A DNA stretch of 64,000 nt, from positions 1,119 through 65,118 of the forward strand of contig JAOADV010000012.1 in assembly GCA_026417135.1 (NCBI GenBank), written 5' to 3'. This document shows, piece by piece, positions 1 to 10,058 of the stretch; the first letter of the stretch is position 1; each line of letters begins with the position of its first letter. The position numbers and the translations under genes were made by a program. The notes below the pieces were generated by a model that was not told where the DNA came from, did no database searches, and saw only the letters and a program-made list of their open reading frames with translations. The DNA is from Ignavibacteria bacterium. Its GTDB lineage: Bacteria; Bacteroidota; Ignavibacteria; Kapaibacteriales; UBA2268.

Positions 1-2
1 CT

Positions 3-1118
3 GCAGCGCTTGGTTTGGTTGTTGCAGCTGCCAAAGCTAAACTACCATTGTTTTTAGGGTCATATCCGATAACGCCAGCATCCGAAATTCTCCATTTTAT
101 CTCCGAGTATAAGCCTTACGGAGCTCTCCACTTACAAGCGGAAGATGAAATAGGTGGTATTACAAGTGCGATTGGTGCTGCCTATGGTGGAGCTTTGGCT
201 GCAACTTCAACTTCTGGACCCGGTCTCTCGCTCAAAGTCGAAGCAATTGGTTTGGCCGTTATGTTAGAATTACCGTTGGTTATTATCGACGTTCAACGTG
301 CCGGTCCAAGCACTGGTATGCCGACAAAGATGGAGCAAGCCGACCTTTTCTTGGCTGTTTTCGGGCGACACGGAGAAGGGCCGGTTCCAGTTCTTGCTGC
401 TGCAACTCCGACCGATTGCTTCGATATGACACTTGAAGCGGCAAGAATTGCAATAAAGTATATGACTCCTGTAATACTTCTAACGGATGGTTACTTAGGA
501 CAGAGCTCTGAAGAATGGAAAATACCCGACCTTGACTCAATTCCCGAAATTCCTGTTAAATTCTACACCGATAGCGATTATCTTCCATATAAAAGAGACC
601 CAGTAACACTTGCTCGGGCTTGGGCAATACCTGGAACTCCTGGTCTTGAACATCGAGTAGGTAGTTTGGAAAAAGAAGATGTTACTGGAATTGTAAGCCA
701 CGACCCTTTAAATCACCAGAGGATGGTTGAACTTCGAGCAGAAAAAGTTGCGAGAATTCAAAATGATATACCCGATGCAGAATTGTGGGGCTACGAAGAT
801 GCTGAACTCTTACTCGTAGGTTGGGGAAGCACCTACGGGGCAATAAAAGCCGCTTTCGACCGACTTATCGAACGAGGGGAAAGGCTTGCATACGTTCATC
901 TTAAATATTTGTTCCCATTCCCCAAAAATCTTGGCTCGATAATAGAAAAATTCGATAAAATTCTTGTCCCCGAAAACAACTTGGGACAACTTGCTTATAT
1001 GTTAGAAGCAAACTTTTTAAAACGAGTTATCAGATATCATAAGATTCAAGGTAGGATTTTCTTATCTACCGAAATTGAAAATAAAATCCTTGAAGTTTTG
1101 AATAGGAGGAGGAATTAA
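3..1118 (+). CDS. korA: 2-oxoacid:ferredoxin oxidoreductase alpha subunit (5' end outside window)
   Basis: YPITP, QAEDE, TSGPG and QRAGPSTGMPTK motifs. The frame is open from position 3. Substrate specificity cannot be assigned. Confidence 0.93.
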   Translation, partial: AALGLVVAAAKAKLPLFLGSYPITPASEILHFISEYKPYGALHLQAEDEIGGITSAIGAAYGGALAATSTSGPGLSLKVEAIGLAVMLELPLVIIDVQRAGPSTGMPTKMEQADLFLAVFGRHGEGPVPVLAAATPTDCFDMTLEAARIAIKYMTPVILLTDGYLGQSSEEWKIPDLDSIPEIPVKFYTDSDYLPYKRDPVTLARAWAIPGTPGLEHRVGSLEKEDVTGIVSHDPLNHQRMVELRAEKVARIQNDIPDAELWGYEDAELLLVGWGSTYGAIKAAFDRLIERGERLAYVHLKYLFPFPKNLGSIIEKFDKILVPENNLGQLAYMLEANFLKRVIRYHKIQGRIFLSTEIENKILEVLNRRRN

Positions 1119-1119
1119 A

Positions 1120-2169
1120 ATGCAAACCTTAATTGATGAAGTATTAAGTAGCAAACCAGTTCAAACAATCGAATATACCCCTAAAGATTTTAGGTCTCCC
1201 TTAGAAGTACGTTGGTGCACGGGTTGCGGTGGGTATTCAATCCTTGCGGTTGTTCAACGAATTCTTTCTGCTTTGAAAATACCACGTGAAAAAGTTACTT
1301 TTATCTCTGGCATTGGTTGTAGTAGCCGGTTTCCATATTATGTTCAAACTTATGGTATCCACGGTATTCACGGAAGAGCTGTGGCAATTGCCTCTGGACT
1401 TAAGATTGCTCGACCAGACCTTTCCGTTTGGATAGCTACTGGTGATGGCGATTGTATGAGTATTGGGGGTAATCATATGATTCACGCAGCACGTAGAAAT
1501 ATAGGTCTAAAAATCTTGATGTTCAATAACGAAATTTATAGTTTGACGAAAGGGCAAGTCTCCCCAACTACTAAATTTAAAGAACCAACTAAATCTTCGC
1601 CTTTTGGGAATATCGATTATCCGTTCAACCCAGCTTCCCTTGCGTTAGGTTCAGGTGCAACTTTTGTTGCAAGGACATTCGATAGAGACCCAAAACATAT
1701 GCAAACGGTTCTCGAAAGGGCTGCTTTGCACAACGGTTTTGCTTTCGTAGAAATATATGCCAACTGTGTCATATATAACGATGGTGCATTCGACCAATTT
1801 ACATTACTTGAAAATCGAAAAGAAAACTCGATAATGCTCGAGCATGGCAAACCTTTAATCTTTGGAGAAAATAACGACAAAGGAATTCGGCTCGATGGGT
1901 TCACTCCAACAGTTGTTTCTCTAACCGATGGCAAATGGAGTGTTAATGATTTAATTGTTCACGACGAAAAGGATTCAACCTTGGCGTTTATTCTTGCCAA
2001 TATGACTTACAATCCAAATGTCCCGCGACCTTTCGGAGTTTTTCAAGCAATTGAAAAGCCAAGTTATGAACAGCTTGTTATCGAACAAATACAAGAAGCC
2101 AAAGCACGTTACCCCGAAGCAACTCTCGAAACACTTCTTCGCGGCGAGGATTATTGGGAGATAAAATAG
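1120..2169 (+). CDS. korB: 2-oxoacid:ferredoxin oxidoreductase beta subunit
   Basis: WCTGCG, SGIGCS, HGIHGR and TPP-binding GDGD...NN motifs. AGGAGG lies upstream, and the gene directly follows the alpha subunit. Confidence 0.93.
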   Translation: MQTLIDEVLSSKPVQTIEYTPKDFRSPLEVRWCTGCGGYSILAVVQRILSALKIPREKVTFISGIGCSSRFPYYVQTYGIHGIHGRAVAIASGLKIARPDLSVWIATGDGDCMSIGGNHMIHAARRNIGLKILMFNNEIYSLTKGQVSPTTKFKEPTKSSPFGNIDYPFNPASLALGSGATFVARTFDRDPKHMQTVLERAALHNGFAFVEIYANCVIYNDGAFDQFTLLENRKENSIMLEHGKPLIFGENNDKGIRLDGFTPTVVSLTDGKWSVNDLIVHDEKDSTLAFILANMTYNPNVPRPFGVFQAIEKPSYEQLVIEQIQEAKARYPEATLETLLRGEDYWEIK

Positions 2170-2491
2170 AAGTAAAGGGAAGCTGACAATAACAAAATAA
2201 ACAGAAGTCTCATTAATCATAAAGGTTGGATATCATTAGAGCTGTGTTCATTATTATTTAACCCAATTTTCGTGATACTGATGCTGATTATATAAACATT
2301 TACCTCGTTTCATAAGTATCATTTCCATTGAAATTCCAAACTTCTTGCGAATAAAACAGCATAGTGAGTTGTTTTTGGTGTTCGAATTGAAAATCTTTAG
2401 TAGAATTTTGGTAACATAACGCTTATCGTATTTTATTAATATTAGCAAGAAATAATTTATTAGCACATTGAAAGTTCATTGTTCCCACAAA

Positions 2492-2573
2492 GTTGCAAAA
2501 GCAACCTTGCTTTTAGAACGACGGCAAGGATGCCGTCGCTACTTCATTGCATAGGGTTGAGAGCTTGTGCTAC
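2492..2573. repeat. REP/BIME-like three-hairpin element, copy 1 (more degenerate)
   Basis: Hairpins AAAAGCAA-CC-TTGCTTTT (2497-2514) and CGACGGCA-AGGA-TGCCGTCG followed by CTAC (2519-2542). Positions 2517-2551 are identical to 25926-25960. Lies between convergent genes. Confidence 0.8.
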
Positions 2574-2738
2574 CTAATGTTAAGGAGGAATCTTGATATC
2601 TTTATAGAATGATAAATAAAGCGAAAGAAGAATAATGGCAAATTTCGTGATTAATTCTTTGTTTCAACAATAAAAAAAATTCAAACAAGTATTATATGAA
2701 ATTCTTTTCCTTCGGTAATGATTAATGTGAAATATTAA

Positions 2739-3431
2739 TCACAAATAATTAGGTTTTCGTAAATATTTCAATGGGTCTTCGGCGCCAGCTTGTTGGAAAC
2801 CGCGAAGCCGGAGTGCACAAGAATCGCATTCCCCGCAAGCAAATTCAATTTCTTTATAACAACTCCAAGTTAATTCGAATGGGACGCCAAGTTCCAAGCC
2901 AAGTAATACTATATCTTTCTTCGACATATTTATTAAAGGTGTCATAATTTTAATATTAGTTTCTGGTTTTGTTCCTTCATTTATAGCCTTTTCGAATGCT
3001 TCGAAAAAACTTTTGCGACAGTCTGGATAACCACTACTATCCGCTTCGACTGCTCCTATAAAAATAGCATTTGCAGAAACTACTTCTGCCCAGCTCGCTG
3101 CGATGGAAAGTAAGTTGCCATTTCTAAAAGGGACATATGTTCTGGGAATCATCTTTCGTTCGAAATTTGCCAATTCAATTTCAATTGATGGTTCTACAAG
3201 TGCCGAGCCCCCAATTTTTTTTAAATAGTCGATTGAAACTATTAAGCTATTTTCAATTTTGTAATAAGAGCATAATTCTTTAAAGGCACGCAATTCTCTT
3301 TCTTGGGTTCTTTGCTCGTAAGTTATATGCAAAGCGAAAATTTCGTAGTTTTGGTTTATAACAATAGCAGCGGTAACAGCTGAATCCATACCACCGCTCA
3401 TCAAAACAACAGCTTTTCGGGAATTTCCCAT
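2739..3431 (-). CDS. queC: 7-cyano-7-deazaguanine synthase
   Basis: SGGMDS, TYVPFRN, YPDCR and TWSCY...CGECDSC motifs. The ATG at 3431 overlaps the accC stop (TGATG). Confidence 0.95.
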   Translation of the reverse strand: MGNSRKAVVLMSGGMDSAVTAAIVINQNYEIFALHITYEQRTQERELRAFKELCSYYKIENSLIVSIDYLKKIGGSALVEPSIEIELANFERKMIPRTYVPFRNGNLLSIAASWAEVVSANAIFIGAVEADSSGYPDCRKSFFEAFEKAINEGTKPETNIKIMTPLINMSKKDIVLLGLELGVPFELTWSCYKEIEFACGECDSCALRLRGFQQAGAEDPLKYLRKPNYL

Positions 3432-4945
3432 CAAAACCACCTACGGAAAAGCTGGCCCCTTATCTTCCATTTGTTTTTTCCAATCGAAGTAGAGGTATTC
3501 GAGGCATTTAGATTAGTATAACTCGATTTTTCTTCATTATGTATATAGGTCGATATAATTGCAAGTTCGTTTAAAATTTCCTCATCTTTCTTGTGTAAAA
3601 CAGAAAAATCGAAATCATTTTCGAGAAATCCAGTATCGTAATCACCTTCGAGAAATCTGGGGTGAGTTAGAACAGAGCTTAGAAAAGGTATTCCAGTCTT
3701 AATCCCTATGATTTTGAAATCATTTAACGCACGCAACATAATCGAAATAGCTTCGGAACGAGTTCTTCCATAGGTTATCAACTTAGCGATTATCGGGTCG
3801 AAGTGGATAGTAACTTCGCTACCCTGCTCGATTCCAGAATCGAGCCGAACACCTTTGCCAGTTGGTTCTCTCAAAAATTCTATCCGACCCGTGTCGGGAA
3901 GAAAATTATTAAATGGGTCTTCTGCATTTATTCTACATTCAATCGAATGGCCGCGAAAGACCACATCTTCTTGCCGAAAAGACAATGGCTTTCCGCTTGC
4001 AATATTGATTTGTTCTTTGACTATGTCGAAACCAGTTATGAACTCTGTAACGGGATGTTCAACTTGCAAACGGGTATTCATTTCGAGGAAGTAGAAATTT
4101 TTATTTTTATCGAAAAGGAATTCTACCGTTCCCGCATTAAAATATTCAACTGCCCGGGCTGCGCTGATGGCAACATTTCCCATCTTTTGACGAAGCTCCT
4201 CGTCCAAAACTGTCGATGGTGCTTCTTCAATTACTTTTTGGTGGCGTCTTTGGATAGAACAATCCCTTTCGCCAAGATGAACATAGTTGCCATATTCGTC
4301 GCCGATAACTTGAATTTCTATATGTTTTGGATTTTCGAGAAACTTTTCGATATAAATTGAACCATCCCCAAAAGATTTCAAGGCTTCACGCTGTGCTGAC
4401 TCGAAATTTTCTTTGAAATCATCTTCGCGAAAAACCTTACGCATACCTTTTCCACCACCACCAGCGGAAGCTTTCAAGAGTATAGGGTAACCTATTTTCC
4501 GAGCAATTTCGAAAGCGGAGTCCAAGTTTTCAATTGGCTGTTTTGTACCTGGAACAATCGGTACACCAGCCTTTTCCATCAGTTCTCTGGCACGAGTTTT
4601 CGAACCCATCGCATCAATCGAGTATGGTTTCGGTCCGATAAACTTTATTCCAGCATCCAAACAAGCTTGGCTAAAAGGTGCTCGTTCGGATAAAAATCCA
4701 TATCCCGGATGAATTGCTTCGGCTCCACTTTTTTTAGCTACATCAATAATTTGTTGAATATCAAGATAAGCGGCTTTCGGTTGCACCGAAAAGATTTCGT
4801 AAGCATAATCGGAGTAGCTCACATACGCAGCAGATTTGTCAACTTTGTGATAAATAGCAACAGTTTGAATACCAAGTTCGTGGGCTGCTCGAATAATCCT
4901 AACAGCAATTTCGCCGCGATTTGCCACTAAAATTCTTTTAAACAT
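3431..4945 (-). CDS. accC: Biotin carboxylase subunit (acetyl/propionyl/methylcrotonyl-CoA carboxylase type)
   Basis: ANRGEIA, HPGYGFLSE, GGGGKGM, RDCSIQRRHQK and EMNTRLQVEH motifs. ATG 4945 is preferred over TTG 4966. Confidence 0.92.
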   Translation of the reverse strand: MFKRILVANRGEIAVRIIRAAHELGIQTVAIYHKVDKSAAYVSYSDYAYEIFSVQPKAAYLDIQQIIDVAKKSGAEAIHPGYGFLSERAPFSQACLDAGIKFIGPKPYSIDAMGSKTRARELMEKAGVPIVPGTKQPIENLDSAFEIARKIGYPILLKASAGGGGKGMRKVFREDDFKENFESAQREALKSFGDGSIYIEKFLENPKHIEIQVIGDEYGNYVHLGERDCSIQRRHQKVIEEAPSTVLDEELRQKMGNVAISAARAVEYFNAGTVEFLFDKNKNFYFLEMNTRLQVEHPVTEFITGFDIVKEQINIASGKPLSFRQEDVVFRGHSIECRINAEDPFNNFLPDTGRIEFLREPTGKGVRLDSGIEQGSEVTIHFDPIIAKLITYGRTRSEAISIMLRALNDFKIIGIKTGIPFLSSVLTHPRFLEGDYDTGFLENDFDFSVLHKKDEEILNELAIISTYIHNEEKSSYTNLNASNTSTSIGKNKWKIRGQLFRRWF

Positions 4946-4970
4946 TATAATTTCAAAAGTTAACAAAATT

Positions 4971-4978
4971 CAAAATTA
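4971..4978 (-). promoter_or_regulatory. Bacteroidota-type -7 promoter element (TAATTTTG) for accC-queC
   Basis: Matches TAnnTTTG, about 25 nt upstream of the ATG. Confidence 0.5.
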
Positions 4979-5058
4979 CGAATTCTATACTATATGGAAT
5001 TACTTAATTTTTCGCAAATAGTAGTTATAAGCATTTTAAATAAAAATGAAAATGTTTG

Positions 5059-5066
5059 TATTTTTG
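5059..5066 (+). promoter_or_regulatory. -7 promoter element (TATTTTTG) for the hemerythrin gene
   Basis: Matches TAnnTTTG, 18 nt before the ATG. Confidence 0.45.
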
Positions 5067-5084
5067 TTTTTTTGAGGGTGTGAT

Positions 5085-5492
5085 ATGGCTTTTATTACTT
5101 GGAATGATTCTTTTTCTGTTGGTATTGCAAAAATTGATAATCAACACAAGCGGCTTATTCAAATCATCAACAAACTCGACGATGCAATGAAAGAAGGGAA
5201 AGGCAAAGAAATCCTTTCCGAAGTCTTGAATGAGCTGATACTATATGTTAACACTCATTTCAAAACCGAAGAAGAATATATGACGCAGTACAACTACGAT
5301 GAGTATGAACAACATCGCTATGAACACGAAAAATTAACCGACGAAGTTAAAAGGTTCTATGATGATTTTAAAGGTGGCCGCGTAGTACTTTCGGTTCAAA
5401 TTATGAATTTCTTACGCAATTGGTTAATGGACCACATTGTCGTTAAGGATAAGAAGTTAGGCAAATTTTTAAACGAAAAAGGCTTAAATTGA
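5085..5492 (+). CDS. Single-domain bacteriohemerythrin
   Basis: W...SVG..IDNQH, HFKTEE, HRYEH and WLMDHIVVKD di-iron ligand pattern. Confidence 0.93.
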   Translation: MAFITWNDSFSVGIAKIDNQHKRLIQIINKLDDAMKEGKGKEILSEVLNELILYVNTHFKTEEEYMTQYNYDEYEQHRYEHEKLTDEVKRFYDDFKGGRVVLSVQIMNFLRNWLMDHIVVKDKKLGKFLNEKGLN

Positions 5493-6871
5493 AATACATT
5501 AATTTTTTATTTCTTTTCATTTCCCTGCCTTTGTTTTCTTGGCAGGGAGAAGTAAACAATTTAATTTCTCGCCCATATCTTTCGAATCGTCACATTGAAT
5601 TTTTGCAACGAATTTGCGACGAAGCGGGAGGGCGACTTGCTGGAACCTGGGAAAACGAAAAAGCTTTGTCAATCTTGAAAGAAATGGCAAAGGAAGATGG
5701 ATTAGATGTAAGGTTCGAGCAATTTCAGTTTCCGGGATGGCTCCGAGGAAATGATTCTTTATTCAGTCTTAAACCTCGATTCAAAGAGTTGCGATGCGTG
5801 GGGCTCGGTTATAACGCTCCTTCCGAACCAATCGAAGCAGAAGTTGTTTATGCGAATTTTGGATATACAGATAACTACGAAACTTTGGATGTGCGAAACA
5901 AAATTGTACTTGTAAATCAAGAAAGGCCACCAAACCGCGAAGAGCTTCTGCGCTACGAAGCAATCGAAATTGCAAGTAAGAAAGGTGCAAAAGCAATACT
6001 CTTTATAAATAATAAAAATGGTGGGCTTTTACTTGCTGGTGTCGGGAATTTTCAAGGCACACCAAACCCTATCCCAGCATTTAGCATTACCTACGAAGAC
6101 GGACAGTACCTTCTTCGTTTAATCCGAAAAGGAATTAAACCAATCGTTTTTGTAAAAAGTAACTCGGTTTGTGTTCAATCCACATCACACAACGCGATTT
6201 ATACCATACCCGGAAAATTAAAGCAAAAAATCGTAGTTGGAGCACATATTGATTCTTGGGACATAAGCCAAGGTGCTGTCGATAATGGGGTTGGTTCTGC
6301 TGTTCTTTATGGCTTAGCCCTTAACTTATCTCAATATAAAGATTATAAATATACTATTGAATTTGTCTGGTTCAATGCCGAAGAATTAGGCCTTTGGGGT
6401 TCGAAAAGATATGTCGAAAAACATAACAAAGATGTAGTCTTAGCTATCAATTTAGATATGCCTGGCGACCCGCGTGGAATTAACTTAATGGGATTTGATT
6501 ACTTAAGGCCTTTTTTCGATTCAACTTTAGCTAAGATAAAAGGGTTCAATTTGGAAAATGGAGTTCAAAATTCTCCTTGGACAAACAGCGACCATATGTA
6601 TTTTATGTTCGAAGGAATACCTTCTCTAACAATGCTTGGGTGGATGGAAGAATCAATGTATCGCCATTACCACGATTTCGGTGATTATTTCGATAAAGTT
6701 AACAAGAACTACATTACAAATGCTATTGCGTTCCTTTCCGTAGTAATTTATTCATTGGCAAACGATTTCAACGATTTCAAAAGATTGAGTAGAGAAGAAG
6801 TAAAAAATTTATTGAAAAAACACAACTTGGAAAGTCGACTTCGCAAACAAAAAGAATGGATTTTCGATTAA
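5489..6871 (+). CDS. Secreted M28 family peptidase with PA domain
   Basis: Signal peptide; GAHIDSWD, GAVDNG, AEELGL, NLDM, SDH and YHD..D motifs. Confidence 0.88.
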   Translation: MKYINFLFLFISLPLFSWQGEVNNLISRPYLSNRHIEFLQRICDEAGGRLAGTWENEKALSILKEMAKEDGLDVRFEQFQFPGWLRGNDSLFSLKPRFKELRCVGLGYNAPSEPIEAEVVYANFGYTDNYETLDVRNKIVLVNQERPPNREELLRYEAIEIASKKGAKAILFINNKNGGLLLAGVGNFQGTPNPIPAFSITYEDGQYLLRLIRKGIKPIVFVKSNSVCVQSTSHNAIYTIPGKLKQKIVVGAHIDSWDISQGAVDNGVGSAVLYGLALNLSQYKDYKYTIEFVWFNAEELGLWGSKRYVEKHNKDVVLAINLDMPGDPRGINLMGFDYLRPFFDSTLAKIKGFNLENGVQNSPWTNSDHMYFMFEGIPSLTMLGWMEESMYRHYHDFGDYFDKVNKNYITNAIAFLSVVIYSLANDFNDFKRLSREEVKNLLKKHNLESRLRKQKEWIFD

Positions 6872-8100
6872 GCAAGATTTGTTGTGCTAATCAACTTGAT
6901 TAGCGTAATTTCTGGTGGTAAACCAGCACGGACTGGTACGCCAACCATACCGATTCCAGTGTTAACATAGATACTTTGGTCGCCATCGGAATACAACCCA
7001 GCATATTGCTTATAGAAAAACGCAGCTGGAGAAACCTTTGAGTTGAATATTTCGAAAGCGATTTGACCTCCGTGTGTGTGTCCGGATAGCATTAAATCCA
7101 CTTTCCTTTTTCGTCGAACCGAACGGTCCCAATTTGTTGGGTCGTGCGATAGCAATATGATAATCTCATTAGGGTCGAGCCCATTTAAGGTTTTATCTAA
7201 ATCTCCATAATTCATTCTGAAACTTGTATTGTCCATTCCAGCAATTTGAAGAACCGAATTGCCAAAACGAAATACCCGATTTTCGTTAACGAGAATATCG
7301 ATACCAAGCGATTGTAATTTTTTGATAAAATTTGTGAATTCGCTATCTTTCATATAATGCTCGTGATTTCCTGGGCAAGCCAAAACAGAAATATTGGCTC
7401 GTATCGATTTGAAAGAATCTTCGAGGTAATCAATCTCTTTTGGAGAAAAATTTATAAAATCCCCAGTAATAAATACGAAATCTGGTCTTAATGAATTTAT
7501 GATGAAAACCACAATATCGAAAAATTCCTTTGAAGGAATAGAACCAGCGTGAATATCGGAAATTTGGACGAACTTAACATCGCTTAAAGTCGACGGTAGA
7601 TTATTGATTGGAATATCAACATAAGTAACCTTTGGGTTTAGACTGGTGCGAAAGGATTCGTGGGCAAGAGCTAAATATGGTGTTCCAATGGCTCCCCAAC
7701 CCAATGCAGTAATCAACTTTCGTCGGCCCTCATTTACTACTTGATTTTCTACTTTTGAACTTTTCGATGCTTTTTTCAATTTGTTGACTAAATTCCTAAA
7801 AGGGGTGGTTAGGACAATTACAATAAATATAAGTAACTTAGGAAGATACCAAAATGTTAAAAAGTAATTACTGAAGACAGTCAAACTTGTTGGGATTGGA
7901 TTGGTCCATCGTAGGATTGAATTAACCAACAGCCACAAACCAAATAGAGGAATAGAATAAAGATAGAACTTAGGCAAAAGTGGATTTAGATTTCTTGAAA
8001 AAACAAACCTTTTGAACCTATTGTAAAGATAGATATCGACAAAGATTAAAATCGAATTTATTATGATAATAGTAAATATTATCAAAGTTACTTGTATCAT
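6868..8100 (-). CDS. Membrane-anchored metallophosphoesterase (YkuE/YaeI-like)
   Basis: N-terminal TM helices; SDIH, TGD, GNHE, SHDP and SGHTHGGQ motifs. Confidence 0.9.
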   Translation of the reverse strand: MIQVTLIIFTIIIINSILIFVDIYLYNRFKRFVFSRNLNPLLPKFYLYSIPLFGLWLLVNSILRWTNPIPTSLTVFSNYFLTFWYLPKLLIFIVIVLTTPFRNLVNKLKKASKSSKVENQVVNEGRRKLITALGWGAIGTPYLALAHESFRTSLNPKVTYVDIPINNLPSTLSDVKFVQISDIHAGSIPSKEFFDIVVFIINSLRPDFVFITGDFINFSPKEIDYLEDSFKSIRANISVLACPGNHEHYMKDSEFTNFIKKLQSLGIDILVNENRVFRFGNSVLQIAGMDNTSFRMNYGDLDKTLNGLDPNEIIILLSHDPTNWDRSVRRKRKVDLMLSGHTHGGQIAFEIFNSKVSPAAFFYKQYAGLYSDGDQSIYVNTGIGMVGVPVRAGLPPEITLIKLISTTNLA

Positions 8101-8152
8101 ATGATGCGAAAGTTAAATTAAAATTAACGAAAAAGGTTAATAAAAATTATCG

Positions 8153-8176
8153 AAAAGAAAGCTACCTTCTTTTTTT
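8153..8176 (-). terminator. Possible weak intrinsic terminator downstream of the methyltransferase gene
   Basis: Imperfect inverted repeat AAAAGAAAG-CTAC-CTTCTTTTTTT with A/T tails. Confidence 0.3.
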
Positions 8177-8263
8177 GTAAACAATTGTAAATCAATTTTC
8201 TCAATACGAAAACTTGCGATTTATTCGTTGGATACTAAGCAAAAAGGTCAGATGTTTTTGTGC

Positions 8264-9076
8264 TTAGTTATTAGACTTTTTATTGAACTCGATTGTAAGG
8301 AACCAACCAATACGCTCGCGCCCAATTAAAGATGTGATAACGCTTGCAATTTTTCTCATAACCCAATTAAAACGTTGAAGTTTATCGTAGTATGTATAAA
8401 TTGTTCCAATCTTTAAATTTTCGATTTGATAATAATTGGAAAGAACAGATTTGATTTCTTTAATTGTATAAGCTTTTGTTCCCTTACTTTCCATATGATT
8501 CCAAAGCACCCAAGAAATCGATTTCCAAGGCTTAAACTTTAGAAGAGCATACTTAATCCAAAAGAAGAAAGCCAAAAGGGAGCGGCGGTTGTAAATCATA
8601 ATTTTGGCTAAACCTCCGGGTTTCAACACTCTAATTATTTCTTCCAAAGCTTTTATTGTATTTGGAGTATGATGGATTACACCAAAGGAGTAAACCAAGT
8701 CGAAGAAGTTATCTGGATAGTCGAGATTTTCGGCATCGGCAACTTTTACTTCTTCGGCTTTTAATCCATAAAGTTCCAATCTTCGGCGTAGATGTTCAAT
8801 TGCTTCGGGTGCAAAGTCGATTCCGTACGCTTTGCAACCAGCCCGAACCCATTGTATGAAATCAGTTCCCGCTCCAACTCCTACTTCCAGAATTTTTTTC
8901 CCATAGAATCGCGTAAATTGAGCAAACGAAAACACTTCGGGATGTATTTCGTATCTTTTTTTTTCGATTTCTTCGAAATATTCAATGGTAAACTTTTCTT
9001 TGTTACTTAGAAAAGTCCCACATACATTTTTGTTCCAAAATTCTTTAACTTCCTGCTTTAATTGTTCATCCTTCAT
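8264..9076 (-). CDS. Class I SAM-dependent methyltransferase
   Basis: ILEVGVGAG motif I; ADAENL, FDLVYSFGVIHH and RVLKPGG motifs. Confidence 0.88.
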   Translation of the reverse strand: MKDEQLKQEVKEFWNKNVCGTFLSNKEKFTIEYFEEIEKKRYEIHPEVFSFAQFTRFYGKKILEVGVGAGTDFIQWVRAGCKAYGIDFAPEAIEHLRRRLELYGLKAEEVKVADAENLDYPDNFFDLVYSFGVIHHTPNTIKALEEIIRVLKPGGLAKIMIYNRRSLLAFFFWIKYALLKFKPWKSISWVLWNHMESKGTKAYTIKEIKSVLSNYYQIENLKIGTIYTYYDKLQRFNWVMRKIASVITSLIGRERIGWFLTIEFNKKSNN

Positions 9077-9122
9077 ATATTTTTTAGGTTAAGGGAAAAG
9101 ATGATGTGCCTCGCAATAATTT

Positions 9123-9953
9123 TTAATACGATTCAGATTCGTTAGGGAAGTTTAAATTGCGAACATCTTCGGAATATTTTTTGCAAGCTGATAAAATTAT
9201 TTGATAAAGTTGGGAGTAGCGGCGAACAAAACGTGGACTGAAGTCTATCGTCAAACCAAGCATATCTGTATAAACCAAAATTTGGCCGTCACAATGAGGT
9301 CCTGCCCCTATTCCAATTGTTGGAACTTGAACCGTTTTCGTAATTCTTTTTGCGAGTTCGGCGGGGATTTTTTCCAAAACAATAGCAAAAACCCCAGCTT
9401 TTTCTAAATTTACTGCATCGCGAAAAATCGATTCGGCTTCTTGTGGGTCCTTTCCTCTTGCCCGATACGACCCAAACTTATGAATACTTTGTGGGGTTAA
9501 TCCTACGTGGCCCATAACTGGGATACCACTTTCGGTCATTCTTTTTATTGCTTGAAGAATAATTTCGCTTGCTCCTTCGAGCTTGACACCCCCACATCCA
9601 GTTTCCTTCATTATTCGACCAGCGTTCGTAAAGGCTTCGTCCGCAGAAACTTGATAGCTCATAAAAGGCATATCAGCAATAATAAGTGGCCGCTTCGCAC
9701 CACGAACAACAGCTTTCGTATGGTATATGATATCTTCGAGGGTAACTGGTATCGTAGTTTCTAAACCTTGCACTACATTTCCTAAAGAATCTCCAACCAA
9801 AATAACATCAATTCCGCTTTCATCCAGAATTCGTGCGATTAAAGCGTCGTAAGCAGTAAGACAAACTATCTTCTGCCCTAACTTTTTCATTTCTTGTAAA
9901 CGGAAAGTAGTTACTTTCCTTGGGTCTACGTTTGCACTACCGATATAATCCAT
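9123..9953 (-). CDS. panB: 3-methyl-2-oxobutanoate hydroxymethyltransferase
   Basis: LTAYD, LVGDSLG, ADMPF, VKLEG, GHVGLTPQS and IGIGAG motifs. Confidence 0.96.
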   Translation of the reverse strand: MDYIGSANVDPRKVTTFRLQEMKKLGQKIVCLTAYDALIARILDESGIDVILVGDSLGNVVQGLETTIPVTLEDIIYHTKAVVRGAKRPLIIADMPFMSYQVSADEAFTNAGRIMKETGCGGVKLEGASEIILQAIKRMTESGIPVMGHVGLTPQSIHKFGSYRARGKDPQEAESIFRDAVNLEKAGVFAIVLEKIPAELAKRITKTVQVPTIGIGAGPHCDGQILVYTDMLGLTIDFSPRFVRRYSQLYQIILSACKKYSEDVRNLNFPNESESY

Positions 9954-9973
9954 TAAATCGTCCTTTAAAGTTA

Positions 9974-9981
9974 CAAAATTA
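9974..9981 (-). promoter_or_regulatory. -7 promoter element (TAATTTTG) for panB
   Basis: Matches TAnnTTTG, 20 nt upstream of the ATG. Confidence 0.5.
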
Positions 9982-10058
9982 CTACAAAAATTAGTTCCAC
10001 AACTTGGAGCTTCGCAAGTTTTCGAACTCTTTGGACTTAGCGGTCCGGAGCCTTCCTT

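Noticed and set aside
2254-2466. 70-aa minus-strand ORF next to the REP-like element, considered as a transposase remnant
   Set aside because: No HUH/RAYT or other recognisable motif in the frames I read; composition looks like AT-rich intergenic DNA.
2492-2573. Hairpin repeats as a possible CRISPR array or tRNA
   Set aside because: No regular repeat-spacer periodicity, no cas genes and no cloverleaf.
10001-10056. Small hairpins upstream of panB (AACTTG..CAAGTT, GGAC..GTCC) as a possible pan RNA motif
   Set aside because: The stems are short and lie upstream of the predicted panB -7 element, so probably outside its leader; they may only be a 3' structure of the M1 peptidase mRNA.
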